Source: a virus (taxonomy: Duplodnaviria; Caudoviricetes). From it: a DNA stretch of 64,000 nt. The DNA lies in the IMG/VR virus record IMGVR_UViG_3300020365_000001. One strand, written 5' to 3'. How positions within the stretch are numbered: position 1 is the first letter of the stretch; each line of letters opens with the position of its first letter. Positions 1 through 9,703 of this stretch are shown in pieces. The position numbers and the translations under genes were made by a program. A model generated the notes under the pieces. The model saw nothing but the letters and a program-made list of their open reading frames with translations, did not search any database and was not told the DNA's origin.

Positions 1-825
1 AGCAGCCTTGTAGATGGTACGGATGATCTCGCGGTTGATCTCAGCAAGAATCTCAGTGCTGAGGATGTTAGCGAGTTCCGCTTCAGCATCCAGACCGTGG
101 ATCGCCTTCAGGTCCTGAGCAAGCTCAAGGCTGTACTCTGCCTTCAGGGCACGAGACTTAGCAGTCACCGAGACTTTCTCGATGCTGAACGCCATCTCGC
201 GGAAGTCGTTCGAGGCGCTGTCACCCAGTGCTTCAGAAGCTTGAGTGGAGAAACCTTGACCAACGCTGTAAGCATTAGCAGCACCACCGTTGAGAACGGC
301 AGGGTTCGTGCCGCCTTGGGCGGTAGTACCGAAACCAACCGAAGTGCCACCACCGGAGGAACCGGTGTAGTCGCCTTGTGCCAGGGAAGCGTCGCTGTCC
401 TGAGCGGAGAATGCCGAATCAGGCTCGTTGAAGAATGCTTCGGTGCCAGACTGGTTGTCGTAGCGGGAACGCATTGCGAAGATCAGTCCGGTAGGACCGT
501 TCATCGGTTGCACACCAGCGAGGTCATAAGCGACCAGGTTGGGCATTGCACGACGGATCAGGCTGATCAGCACCGGGTCGAAACCGGAGACAGGACCAGC
601 GGCAGCAGCGCCACCACTAAAACCAGCAGCGCCAGTTGAATTGGGGTCGGTGTTGACGGTCGGAGGTGCTTCACTCAGGAATGCACGCTCTTCGCGGAGA
701 AAACGTTCTTGGTTTTCGAGAAGTTGGGCGGTGACCGCCTTCCGGTGGGAGTCCTTGATGTTATCAAGACCCTCTGCCTCCAGGAGGGGTGCCCACTTCT
801 TCTGGAGATTGCCAGAATTGAACAT
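1..825 (-). CDS. gp23: Major capsid protein (5' part; runs off the window start)
   Basis: Not in the ORF track. Manual translation from the ATG at 825 gives MFNSGNLQKKWAPLLEAEGLDNIKDSHRKAVTAQLLENQE..., then LAGVQPMNGPTGLIFAMRS and KSRALKAEYSLELAQDLKAIHGLDAEAELANILSTEILAEINREII, all hallmark T4-like gp23 motifs. It lies downstream of gp22. Confidence 0.97.
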   Translation of the reverse strand, partial: MFNSGNLQKKWAPLLEAEGLDNIKDSHRKAVTAQLLENQERFLREERAFLSEAPPTVNTDPNSTGAAGFSGGAAAAGPVSGFDPVLISLIRRAMPNLVAYDLAGVQPMNGPTGLIFAMRSRYDNQSGTEAFFNEPDSAFSAQDSDASLAQGDYTGSSGGGTSVGFGTTAQGGTNPAVLNGGAANAYSVGQGFSTQASEALGDSASNDFREMAFSIEKVSVTAKSRALKAEYSLELAQDLKAIHGLDAEAELANILSTEILAEINREIIRTIYKAA

Positions 826-863
826 GGGGGGATACCTTTTACTTGTTTAGGTGTTGGTAAATA

Positions 864-1943
864 CTATTGGAACTTAGTTAGTGCGTTGAGATATGCACTC
901 ATTGCCGGAGAATGCTCTTCGACCAGGCTCTCTTCGGAACTAACCTCTTGGGAATCAACCACAGGTTTCGCAGCGAAGTACGACTCCTTCAGTGTGGCAA
1001 GTTTTTCCCGGTATTGTTCTTCACTTTCAAACTCAACACCTTTAGAGAGTTCAGAGAGCTTGTCCTTTTGGGACAGTGCCAGACCTTCACTTACTTCATC
1101 GAGGATGTTGTCTGAAACAGAGTCCGACAGACGCTTAGTCAAAGCGACGTTGCTGTCGATCTGTTCGTTGAGTTTTGTCTCCATTTCATCTAACTTGGAA
1201 GTCATTGCTTCCAAGACATCATATTTATCTTCAGGGATTTCAACATAATGTTCTTCAAAAAGGGTCTTCAGACCCGTCATAAAGGATTCCGAAAGTTCAC
1301 CTCGGATTCCTGATTCGACTTGCAGCGCATTCTCGTTGATCCACTCGTTTGCAACGAACTCTAGGTATGAATCAACACGCTCAGTCAATTCAGTTTTGAA
1401 AGCGGCGATCTCTTGATCGTATGCTTCCTGGAACTGAGTTTCCAGAGTGTCTGCCACCTGATCAATTTTGCTGCGGACAGCAGCTTCAAAGATCGTAGCG
1501 GTCTTTTCTTGGAACTCGGGAGAGAGTTCTTCACCTTCCAGAAGAGCAGCAACATCTTCGGTCACGTCGATCGTGATCTCTGCTTGCTCTTCTTCGGCAA
1601 CTACGGTTTCCGTCTCTTCAACCGGAGCTTCAGCAACAACTTCCTCTTCGGTCTCAACTTCTTCACCGTAACCAGTGCTCTTCAAAGCAGCAGGTCCGGG
1701 CAGTTGCACCTTGCCAGAGGCATTGCGGAAATGAGGATCACCCGTCTGTGCAAGAGTTGCACTAGGTGTCTTCAGTTTGTTACTGTCGTCGGTTGGTTTT
1801 GCGTTGGTAGGAGTAGGTCCGCCGAGGTCCTCAATTGCGCCATTGTCAGGCACATAGTTGGGGGCTTTAGGCATAGGTTCCGCTGATTTGGCACCTTTAG
1901 TAACCTGGTTCTCCATTTCATCTAGATGTTGTTTCGCAGCCAT
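864..1943 (-). CDS. gp22: Prohead core scaffolding protein
   Basis: Acidic coiled coil with 'EFQEKTATIFEAAV', 'VDSYLEFVANEW' and C-terminal 'MSAYLNAL'; between gp21 and gp23. Confidence 0.93.
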   Translation of the reverse strand: MAAKQHLDEMENQVTKGAKSAEPMPKAPNYVPDNGAIEDLGGPTPTNAKPTDDSNKLKTPSATLAQTGDPHFRNASGKVQLPGPAALKSTGYGEEVETEEEVVAEAPVEETETVVAEEEQAEITIDVTEDVAALLEGEELSPEFQEKTATIFEAAVRSKIDQVADTLETQFQEAYDQEIAAFKTELTERVDSYLEFVANEWINENALQVESGIRGELSESFMTGLKTLFEEHYVEIPEDKYDVLEAMTSKLDEMETKLNEQIDSNVALTKRLSDSVSDNILDEVSEGLALSQKDKLSELSKGVEFESEEQYREKLATLKESYFAAKPVVDSQEVSSEESLVEEHSPAMSAYLNALTKFQ

Positions 1944-1989
1944 CGGTTAGCTTCCGTAGTTCCTAGTTATACTGTTATTATTTAGAGAT

Positions 1990-2637
1990 TTATAGATCTG
2001 AAAGGAACTGGGAGAACAAGCGAAGCTTGTGTGCTTCCAGCACTTTTTGATCTACAGCGGTATTTATACTCTCTTTGATCTGCTCGCAGTTCTTTTCGCG
2101 AAGGATACCGCCTTCCCAAACCCACTCTTTTCCTTCCATAATCCCATCTACAAAAGCATCAGGGGCAGAAGGATCAGCAACAATGTCAGCAGCTGTAGCA
2201 AGCATGAAATCTTCGCCGACATAATTTACTCCGTCGCGTTGGGTAATAGAACCCATACCACGAGAAGACACGCCGAGTTTTACCCCTTCGTTGATCAAGG
2301 ACTCAGCAATCTTACCCATGGGGGTAGAAAGAATCTGTGCTTTTCCGACAAAGTTGTTACCCTCTTGAGTGAGAGAAACGATTTTGTGAGAGACCCGATC
2401 TAGATTGATTTGGGGTCCATCGGGGTGACCCAGTTCACCAAGTGCACGACCTTTCGAGGTGAAAGATTCGTTATAACGTTTTACCTCATTGCACATTGTG
2501 GCAAGAGGATAGCAACGCTTATTACGGTTTACGACTTCCGCTTGAAGAAACGGACCTTGAATATAGAGAGTCTTCTTACCGTCTTTTTCTTCGGTAAGAA
2601 TATCAACTGATTCAATTTCCTCAGAAATAAGTTTCAT
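1990..2637 (-). CDS. gp21: Prohead protease
   Basis: Motifs 'NRNKRCYP', 'ALGELGHP', 'GVSSRGMGS' and 'DIVADPSAPDAFV'. Confidence 0.97.
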   Translation of the reverse strand: MKLISEEIESVDILTEEKDGKKTLYIQGPFLQAEVVNRNKRCYPLATMCNEVKRYNESFTSKGRALGELGHPDGPQINLDRVSHKIVSLTQEGNNFVGKAQILSTPMGKIAESLINEGVKLGVSSRGMGSITQRDGVNYVGEDFMLATAADIVADPSAPDAFVDGIMEGKEWVWEGGILREKNCEQIKESINTAVDQKVLEAHKLRLFSQFLSDL

Positions 2638-3200
2638 CCTAGTTGTACCTCGTGAAGATGCATTGTAGAACCATCAGAAGTTTCAGGTGCCATCCGGAAG
2701 ATAACAGACCTAGAAACTGTGGCAGTTCCTGTAAAATCACCGAGACTAGAAGTATCGGCATCTACCGTAATTTTCATACCGTAACCGTTCTGCCGTTGAG
2801 GGGTGGTGACTGCCGTCACTTCCACGTGAGCAATTTCGGTGTTATAACCACCAACCGCAGAACCCGTCATGGTGATATAATCACCAACACGAATCTTGGT
2901 GTCTTGACGATCAAGCGTCAGTACACAAGGGTTTGCTTTAGTTGCACTAGTAACGTTAGCGTTAGCGGGGTGACCGTAACGATAAAGGAAGTCGCGACCC
3001 TTTTCAATATGAAAAGAACCAACGCCTGCTTGAGCAACGGTGTTGCACACAGAAATGTGCCCACTCTTCTTCTCAGAACTACAGGCAACATACAAGATGC
3101 CAGTCTTTACGATCTTTGCATCTGATGCAGCAGTAGTAGCATTCGCACTAGTTAGTTCACCGTGGTCTGCCACCAAATGCAGTGGTTGTGATGCGCTCAT
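2634..3200 (-). CDS. Hypothetical protein, probably virion-associated
   Basis: 188-aa beta-rich ORF translationally coupled between the gp20-side ORF and gp21. Confidence 0.7.
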   Translation of the reverse strand: MSASQPLHLVADHGELTSANATTAASDAKIVKTGILYVACSSEKKSGHISVCNTVAQAGVGSFHIEKGRDFLYRYGHPANANVTSATKANPCVLTLDRQDTKIRVGDYITMTGSAVGGYNTEIAHVEVTAVTTPQRQNGYGMKITVDADTSSLGDFTGTATVSRSVIFRMAPETSDGSTMHLHEVQLG

Positions 3201-3415
3201 TCTTCCTCTTGCGATTCTGGTTCGGGGTCAATAACAGTATCTACCGGTTCATCGACTTCTGGTTCGTTACCAAAAGTTGCTGCTGCCACAGCAGGGGTAA
3301 CCTGCTGGACTTTCTCTGCTGACTTTTGATACAGTAGAGATTTGATAGCATCATGGATTTCAGTCGGTGAACTTTCACCGCTGCCCATCATGTCAAGCAA
3401 TTCATTAGTATCCAT
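3197..3415 (-). CDS. Small acidic prohead core protein (gp67/68 position)
   Basis: 72-aa acidic ORF directly after the portal gene; a late promoter TATAAATA lies upstream. Confidence 0.65.
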   Translation of the reverse strand: MDTNELLDMMGSGESSPTEIHDAIKSLLYQKSAEKVQQVTPAVAAATFGNEPEVDEPVDTVIDPEPESQEEE

Positions 3416-3440
3416 TATAAAATAGTAGAAACGCTAGGGT

Positions 3441-3448
3441 TATTTATA
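3441..3448 (-). promoter_or_regulatory. T4-type late promoter TATAAATA
   Basis: Plus-strand tatttata reads TATAAATA on the minus strand. Variant boxes (NATAAATA or CTAAATA) precede many structural genes, e.g. near 1980, 5125, 8013, 11188, 14873, 16252, 19111, 24176, 33924 and 47418. Confidence 0.75.
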
Positions 3449-5096
3449 TCTTCGCCTTCTTGATATCTAACGTCGGCGCTTCTGCGCCGCTTGAATCGAC
3501 ATCATCTGCCAAAGAATTTTTCCCTAATTGACCATTTTCAATTTGACCTTGCATGATTGCTTGCTGGGTTTCAAGTGGCACACCAACACCAGAAGCATTC
3601 TCTTCATCCATCTCTTGCTCCATCTCGATAATTTCTTCATCGGATTGGCGCAAGACCTTACGCTTCACATAGTCACGTGAGTAGTAAGTGCCGATATATG
3701 GTTCGATCTGTGCCATGATGTTGAGACGTTCGTTCATCAACTCAGTCTCTTTCAACTCAGCAAAGTGGTTGTCATACAGATAGTCGAACTGGATGTGCTC
3801 TGCCATCTTCTCCCAATCTTCAGGAGTCACGATGTTCTTCAGGATCAACTGAGTCTTCAGCAGATCAAGGAACAGTGCAGAGAAACGCTTACGGAGACGA
3901 CCCACGAACTTACTGAACATCAGTTCGTCACGCAGAATCTCACTAGAACGACCCATGTTGAAACCACTGTCCCCACCAATGCGGGACTCAGGAACGTTCA
4001 GTGAACGATACAGTTTCTTCTGGAAGTATTCGATGTCACTCAGTTCTCCCAGATTCTGACCGCCAGGCAGAGTAGAGATCTCAGTGCCGCGACCGCCTTC
4101 ACGACGAGGCAACCAGAAGTCCTCCAACATGGACATGAACTTCTTGTCGTCCTTGATCTCACCGGTGTTGGCGTCATACACCAACTTGTTCCGGTAACGA
4201 CTCATCACGTCACGCAGATACTGTTCTGCCTTCACCTTTGGCAGGTTGCCAACGTCGATGTAGAAGATACGACGCTCAGGTGCACGCGACAAACGGTAGA
4301 TGACGAGGGAGTCCTCAATCATCCGCAGTTGGTTCAGACCCTTGATTGCCTTGTGCAGATAAGACAGGGTGATCTTTTTGTTGCGATCAACCAGACCAGA
4401 GTGGACGTGGCAGATAGCATCCTTAGCAATGCGGACACCCTTACCTGCAACAGAACCATACTTCTGTGCCACACCCTGTGGATAGTAAGTATAGAACTCA
4501 CTTACCTTGGTGTCTTTAGTTACAACCTCTCCGTTGTTCTCATTGGTTGGGAGATTCTGAGCAACTCCCTTTTCCTTATCATGAGGTTTGACCCTCATCA
4601 ATTTGATTTTGAGTGCGTCAATATAACGTACTTCTTTCAAACCCTCATCGGGTTTTTGCAAGTCGATTACTTTGTGATAGTAAAGTCGTCCGTCAACATA
4701 CCAGTTGCGGAAAATTTCATGCGACTTTTTATCGAACTCAAGCAGGTCCTTGACCGTCTTGAACTCGTTACGGATAATTGTTTTTAGTGATTGACCAACC
4801 TGAAGATTGTCCAGATCGATTTCAACAGGAGAATCATTCAGGTCAGAGACGATTGCCTCGTTCACCACATGCTCTACAGCAGTGTCACATTCTGGGTGCA
4901 AAGACATGTCTCTGTACCGTTTGATAATGTCAAACTCGGTACGAAAAACACCTTCAATATCTACATACTGCCCATAAAAACCAGAAGAAAGGTAGTAATC
5001 AGCACCGTCCTCATTACTGGGGGCAACGGGACTGATTACACCTTTAGACTTCTTTTTGTCTCCATCATCAATTGAAAAACCAAAAAGTTTGGCCAT
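3444..5096 (-). CDS. gp20: Portal vertex protein
   Basis: Motifs 'YRLSRAPERRIFYIDVGNLPKVKAEQYL' and 'MLEDFWLPRREGGRGTEISTLPGGQNL'. Confidence 0.98.
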   Translation of the reverse strand: MAKLFGFSIDDGDKKKSKGVISPVAPSNEDGADYYLSSGFYGQYVDIEGVFRTEFDIIKRYRDMSLHPECDTAVEHVVNEAIVSDLNDSPVEIDLDNLQVGQSLKTIIRNEFKTVKDLLEFDKKSHEIFRNWYVDGRLYYHKVIDLQKPDEGLKEVRYIDALKIKLMRVKPHDKEKGVAQNLPTNENNGEVVTKDTKVSEFYTYYPQGVAQKYGSVAGKGVRIAKDAICHVHSGLVDRNKKITLSYLHKAIKGLNQLRMIEDSLVIYRLSRAPERRIFYIDVGNLPKVKAEQYLRDVMSRYRNKLVYDANTGEIKDDKKFMSMLEDFWLPRREGGRGTEISTLPGGQNLGELSDIEYFQKKLYRSLNVPESRIGGDSGFNMGRSSEILRDELMFSKFVGRLRKRFSALFLDLLKTQLILKNIVTPEDWEKMAEHIQFDYLYDNHFAELKETELMNERLNIMAQIEPYIGTYYSRDYVKRKVLRQSDEEIIEMEQEMDEENASGVGVPLETQQAIMQGQIENGQLGKNSLADDVDSSGAEAPTLDIKKAKI

Positions 5097-5129
5097 AATA
5101 TTGTTAGTAGGTTCTTATTTACCTATTTA

Positions 5130-5774
5130 TCAGACGATGGAACCGCGATTCTGACCATCGTATGCCTGCCACCACTGGACCTGCATCGTGACCTGGAATT
5201 CTTCAATCACATCCTGGGCATCATAGGTGAGTTCAATAGCACCCACAGAAGAAGGCCAGCAACCAACCATTTGGTAACGGCGGAGGACTTCAATCTTAGC
5301 GGGGTTAGAATCGCCAGTGACTGTCAGATCGGTGTTAGCACGACCAAGTTGGTTCACAACCCAGTCAGCATAGTAGTCAGAAGGATTGACGGTACCAGAT
5401 CCATCAGACACTTTAGTGATGAAGTTCGCCCACTTCTCGAATGCTTCGCGCAGACGGAAGTCACCATCGTTGATGACGGTGATGGTCCAAGGTTCAAAGC
5501 GACGATCACCAGCAACCTTGAGTTGACGACCCCGGAAAGGGACCACCACTTCTTGGATGTTGGATGCAGGGAGTTGTGCTCCCTTGATCATCATGCGATA
5601 ACTCGTGTCCTTGAGTTCAGGGAAAATAGCAGAGTCATCTCCGTTCACCGAAGGAAATGCCATCTCAACCTCAAAGAGGTTGGGACGGGCACCACCACCA
5701 ATCAGGCGAGATTTGAAAGAATCAATCGACCTTGTGTTATTACGAATTGAAAAAATGTTCTTGTCTAAAGCCAT
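5130..5774 (-). CDS. gp19: Tail tube protein
   Basis: Motifs 'GGARPNLFEV', 'FRGRQLKVAGDRRFEPWTITVIND' and 'IEEFQVTMQVQWW'. Confidence 0.96.
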   Translation of the reverse strand: MALDKNIFSIRNNTRSIDSFKSRLIGGGARPNLFEVEMAFPSVNGDDSAIFPELKDTSYRMMIKGAQLPASNIQEVVVPFRGRQLKVAGDRRFEPWTITVINDGDFRLREAFEKWANFITKVSDGSGTVNPSDYYADWVVNQLGRANTDLTVTGDSNPAKIEVLRRYQMVGCWPSSVGAIELTYDAQDVIEEFQVTMQVQWWQAYDGQNRGSIV

Positions 5775-5792
5775 TGTTGGGATCTCCTATGA

Positions 5793-7979
5793 TCAGACAG
5801 TACCGACGACTTCACTAAAGGAGACGCCCGTGCGAGTAGCAACGAATGTCAGACCGATGAAGTTGATGGAGCGAGCGGGTTTGATAAAGATGTCAGCAAG
5901 GAATTCATTACGATCAATGACATCAGGGGTATTGTTTGTTTCATCACAAACAACCAGGAAGTCAGTAACACCACGCTTCGACTGAACGTCGCGGAGGAAA
6001 GGTTCTACAATGTTCACGAAGTTAGTACGAGTTCCGGCATCGTTGAGCTCGAAGAGTTGTGCTCGTGCAGCGTTCTCGATTGCTTTCTCCAGAGTAATGA
6101 AGAGGCGACGAACGTTGATGCGATCAAATGCACTCTCAAAGGAGAGTCCGGTCTTGTCACCGAACAGGATGATTCCAGATCCGGGACGAGAGATGATCGG
6201 GTTGATGCGATTAGAGTAAAGTTGGTCCCGAGCGTCTTGACCTGGGTTGAATGCCAGTTTGACAGGGAAGTTCAGGTTACCGCGAGTTTCGCCAGCAGGA
6301 GAGAACCAGGGGAAGTTGTCCCGGTCAGTCCGTGCACAAAGACCTGCGATATCAGAAGAGGTTGGCATGTACACGAACTTCCGGTTGAACCGGTCGTACA
6401 CGTACTGATAACCAGCATCAAAGATCGCGTAAGAAGATGACGTAATCGGAGAGAAGAACTCCAGAACGTTCTTCAGTTTGTCAGCGTTGTCAGTAACGTT
6501 GACGAGAGAACTGCGGCAAGGTGAGATGAAGGTGATGCAATCCTTACGGAATTCGCAGAGAGAGATCAGGTGGTTTGCCTTTGCCTGCTCTTCTTCTTTG
6601 TTGCGGTAGGCACTGCCTTGAAGAAGGAAGCGAATGTCAGCATCTTCAGGATCACGGAACTTATTGTAAGATGCGATGACATCACCCAGAGGTGCTCCGA
6701 ATACGCCAACGCCGGTGTAGTCGAGACCTGCTTCCAGTTTGTAGACTTGGTTGCCAACCGAGTTGAATTTGATGTCCTTGGAGTCTTGACCCCATGCACC
6801 AGCGTTAGCAAGAACCGCCGTAAATCCAGAACTAAATCCAGAGGCGATCGGTTCGGTGCCGTTGTATGAGTCAGAACCAGAAACCAGAGATGCACCTGCC
6901 CAGAGATACTCAGAGTTCTCTGCCAGATAATCCTTATAGTAGATCTCCAGATTGCCGGTGACCTTAGCGTCCTTAGACTTAGAAAGGTTCGGGAACTTCT
7001 CCAGAACAGAAGCAGGATCGCCAGTTACGTTGCCAGCAGCGTCAATGACCACAATGTGAATTGCGTCATTGCTGCCCTCGCGAGCAGAAGTGTAGTTGCT
7101 GGTCTGAGGACGGTTCAGAACTGAGCGCCAGGGAAGGGTAACGAGGTCGTTACCACCATCTTCGATGCTGGTGAGAATGTTCTGAGTGTTATACCAGTCA
7201 ACACTGGTAGTTGTTTGTCCCATTGCAACGGTGTTACCGCTGCTGTTGACGAAGTTGATAGCGGAACCAGTCTTGAACTCACGCTGTGAGTTTTGCTGGT
7301 AGTTGACCAAAGTCTCCGTTCCGCCAATGACGGTGCTGACCACGCGAACTTCGACGGTTCCTGCGGTGTCGTCCTTAGCGGTAACAATACCCTTGAGGAT
7401 ACCAGTTGCATTAGTTACGGTACCGACGCCAATCGTCTGACCGGTAAGTGCTTGGGTGACACCCATGCCAACAGTCACGTTGGATGAGATGCTACCAGTT
7501 TGCAGGGTAGGGGTGAGGATTTGGTCTGAGATATTGTCAATGACTGCGACCTTGATCTCGTTCGCCCACGATCCGGGGTTTTTCGCGGCGAAGTACCAAC
7601 CGAGGTCATCGGCATTATTATTTTCATAATCTTCAATGTTCTCAACCATCAAAGAGGTTGATGCTGCGTAACCAACGGCAGCGTTTGCGTTGTTCAGGTC
7701 ACCGCCCTTACAACGGACAATATCAAGTTTGCCTCCGTAAGAGAGGAAATTTGATGCTGCAAGAAAAGTCTCGTAGTGGTAATCAGTCGTGCCCACTCCG
7801 GGTTGACCAAAAACTTCAATGAGTTCTTTCTCGTTATTGATCCGTGTAATTTCGTTGACCGGACCTTTACGGAAAGGCGCTGCCAAACCCGCTACGACGT
7901 TGACTGTAAAATCAACGCCACCACGAGTTAGGTCAACCTCCCTAATTGAAATCCCCGGAGATGCTAATCGAAGTGCCAT
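5793..7979 (-). CDS. gp18: Tail sheath protein
   Basis: Motifs 'SPGISIREVDLT', 'PWFSPAG', 'FDRINVRRLF' and 'IKPARSINFI'. Confidence 0.97.
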   Translation of the reverse strand: MALRLASPGISIREVDLTRGGVDFTVNVVAGLAAPFRKGPVNEITRINNEKELIEVFGQPGVGTTDYHYETFLAASNFLSYGGKLDIVRCKGGDLNNANAAVGYAASTSLMVENIEDYENNNADDLGWYFAAKNPGSWANEIKVAVIDNISDQILTPTLQTGSISSNVTVGMGVTQALTGQTIGVGTVTNATGILKGIVTAKDDTAGTVEVRVVSTVIGGTETLVNYQQNSQREFKTGSAINFVNSSGNTVAMGQTTTSVDWYNTQNILTSIEDGGNDLVTLPWRSVLNRPQTSNYTSAREGSNDAIHIVVIDAAGNVTGDPASVLEKFPNLSKSKDAKVTGNLEIYYKDYLAENSEYLWAGASLVSGSDSYNGTEPIASGFSSGFTAVLANAGAWGQDSKDIKFNSVGNQVYKLEAGLDYTGVGVFGAPLGDVIASYNKFRDPEDADIRFLLQGSAYRNKEEEQAKANHLISLCEFRKDCITFISPCRSSLVNVTDNADKLKNVLEFFSPITSSSYAIFDAGYQYVYDRFNRKFVYMPTSSDIAGLCARTDRDNFPWFSPAGETRGNLNFPVKLAFNPGQDARDQLYSNRINPIISRPGSGIILFGDKTGLSFESAFDRINVRRLFITLEKAIENAARAQLFELNDAGTRTNFVNIVEPFLRDVQSKRGVTDFLVVCDETNNTPDVIDRNEFLADIFIKPARSINFIGLTFVATRTGVSFSEVVGTV

Positions 7980-8045
7980 TCTAACTCCTTGCTGTCCCTA
8001 CAATGACTAGGATTATTTAGGGAAAAGGTTATTTATGGACGACTT

Positions 8046-9692
8046 CTAATGGTACTCCCACATGTATGAACGGTCGCCGTACTCGTCAACTCTCCAGACC
8101 TCACCAGTGGTGTCTATGATTTCTGTCTCGTCTTCAAATCCATCACTAATAAACCCAAAGGGTGCCATGTCCTGTTCAATAGCGTTCTTTTGCTCCTCAT
8201 ATATCCGTTTTCTGACATCTTGGTCAGTCATTTCTTTGAAATAATCCTGAGCAACTAACCAGGCAAAGATGACAAGACACATCGCCAAATCATCGTTAGA
8301 ACCTTCTTCTGCCTCAAACGATTGCCTCTTTTGAATGAACGTTGTCAGTTCTGCAATGATGTTGTAGTCACAGAAAATTAGTTTGTCATCCTCAATCAGA
8401 GTCTTGAGGTTAGAGCAACCCACCTTCTTGGTGACCTGACTCATCTTGACACCCAACTGAGTCTTGACTCCAGAGAAACCAGATCCAACAATCTGACCTG
8501 CTCGTCCACGCATAGCAACCATCAGAAGGTTTTCATATTCCAAGTCGTAGAAAAGAATTGATGCTACCTGGTCACCAATATCATTCACCTCACACAAGAC
8601 ATACGCATTGTTGTATGCTCTACCAACCTCATCAATAATTGATGGGAAGAGCATTGGTTTGATTTCATTATCTCTAAATGTAGCAACAACTTTGTATGGG
8701 AATTTAGTGATATCAAATACACAGAATGTGCTGAAGTCTTTTCCTACACCGCGTGCAACGTCAACAGTGATGATATAATCATTCTTCTCTCTTGGCGTTT
8801 CAAAAACAGATAACTTCCCATTCCGCTTCACTGGATCTTCATAGACCATTGCCTTCAGTTTGGCAGCAGAGATTAGAGTATCAACAGATCCTAAGAATTC
8901 GCATTCAAACTCAATCTGGAACTGTTGCTCTGACGTGTTAGCAATAGTCTGCGCTTTCCACTTGGAGTCTCTACCTGGTACCTCTGACCAGTGCACCTCA
9001 GTAGCAACGTACTCATTCTTTCCACGCTCAGCATCATGCCACATCCTGTAGAAGTGGTTCATGCCATGAGGCGTAGACACAATGATCACCTTGGTAGACT
9101 TACCAGATGAGATCGTGGGATACACAGATGCAAAGAAGTCATCTGCCAGGTGGTTTGCAACGAACGCAAATTCGTCCAGGAAGATGATGTTGAATGACAT
9201 ACCCCGAACAGCAGATGCTGAGGTAGATGCTGCGATAATCTTGGAACCATTCTCCAGTTCCATAGATCCTTTGTTCCAAGCTATGATGCCTTGCTGCATC
9301 CAACGCGGCAGGTTCTCATACGCCAGTTGTAATCTGCCGAGGAGATCTCTAGCAGTAGCCGCCTTGTTTGCGAGGATTCCGATGTTGACGTTATCATTGA
9401 AGATTGCGTAGTGCAGCAAATAAGATACCACAGTGGTAGACTTACCAGTCTGTCGTGGCATCTTACAAATATTGAATCGGTTTTCGTGGAAGTTTCTGAT
9501 CAGTTTCCTTTGAAAAGGATACATCTCAAATCCAACTAGACCTTCATCAACGTTGACGATTTTGATATATTTTTCTGTAAAATAAACAGGATCGTTTTTA
9601 CACCGAACGAACTCAATGATGTTCTCTTCGGTGAACTCCTGTGTAGTATTTGCTTTTTTTAGATTAGGATTACCAAGATAGATATCACTCAT
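8046..9692 (-). CDS. gp17: Terminase large subunit
   Basis: Motifs 'YLGNPNLK', Walker A 'PRQTGKST', Walker B 'IIFLDEFAF' and nuclease 'DDLAMCL'. Confidence 0.98.
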   Translation of the reverse strand: MSDIYLGNPNLKKANTTQEFTEENIIEFVRCKNDPVYFTEKYIKIVNVDEGLVGFEMYPFQRKLIRNFHENRFNICKMPRQTGKSTTVVSYLLHYAIFNDNVNIGILANKAATARDLLGRLQLAYENLPRWMQQGIIAWNKGSMELENGSKIIAASTSASAVRGMSFNIIFLDEFAFVANHLADDFFASVYPTISSGKSTKVIIVSTPHGMNHFYRMWHDAERGKNEYVATEVHWSEVPGRDSKWKAQTIANTSEQQFQIEFECEFLGSVDTLISAAKLKAMVYEDPVKRNGKLSVFETPREKNDYIITVDVARGVGKDFSTFCVFDITKFPYKVVATFRDNEIKPMLFPSIIDEVGRAYNNAYVLCEVNDIGDQVASILFYDLEYENLLMVAMRGRAGQIVGSGFSGVKTQLGVKMSQVTKKVGCSNLKTLIEDDKLIFCDYNIIAELTTFIQKRQSFEAEEGSNDDLAMCLVIFAWLVAQDYFKEMTDQDVRKRIYEEQKNAIEQDMAPFGFISDGFEDETEIIDTTGEVWRVDEYGDRSYMWEYH

Positions 9693-9703
9693 AATAATCT
9701 AGA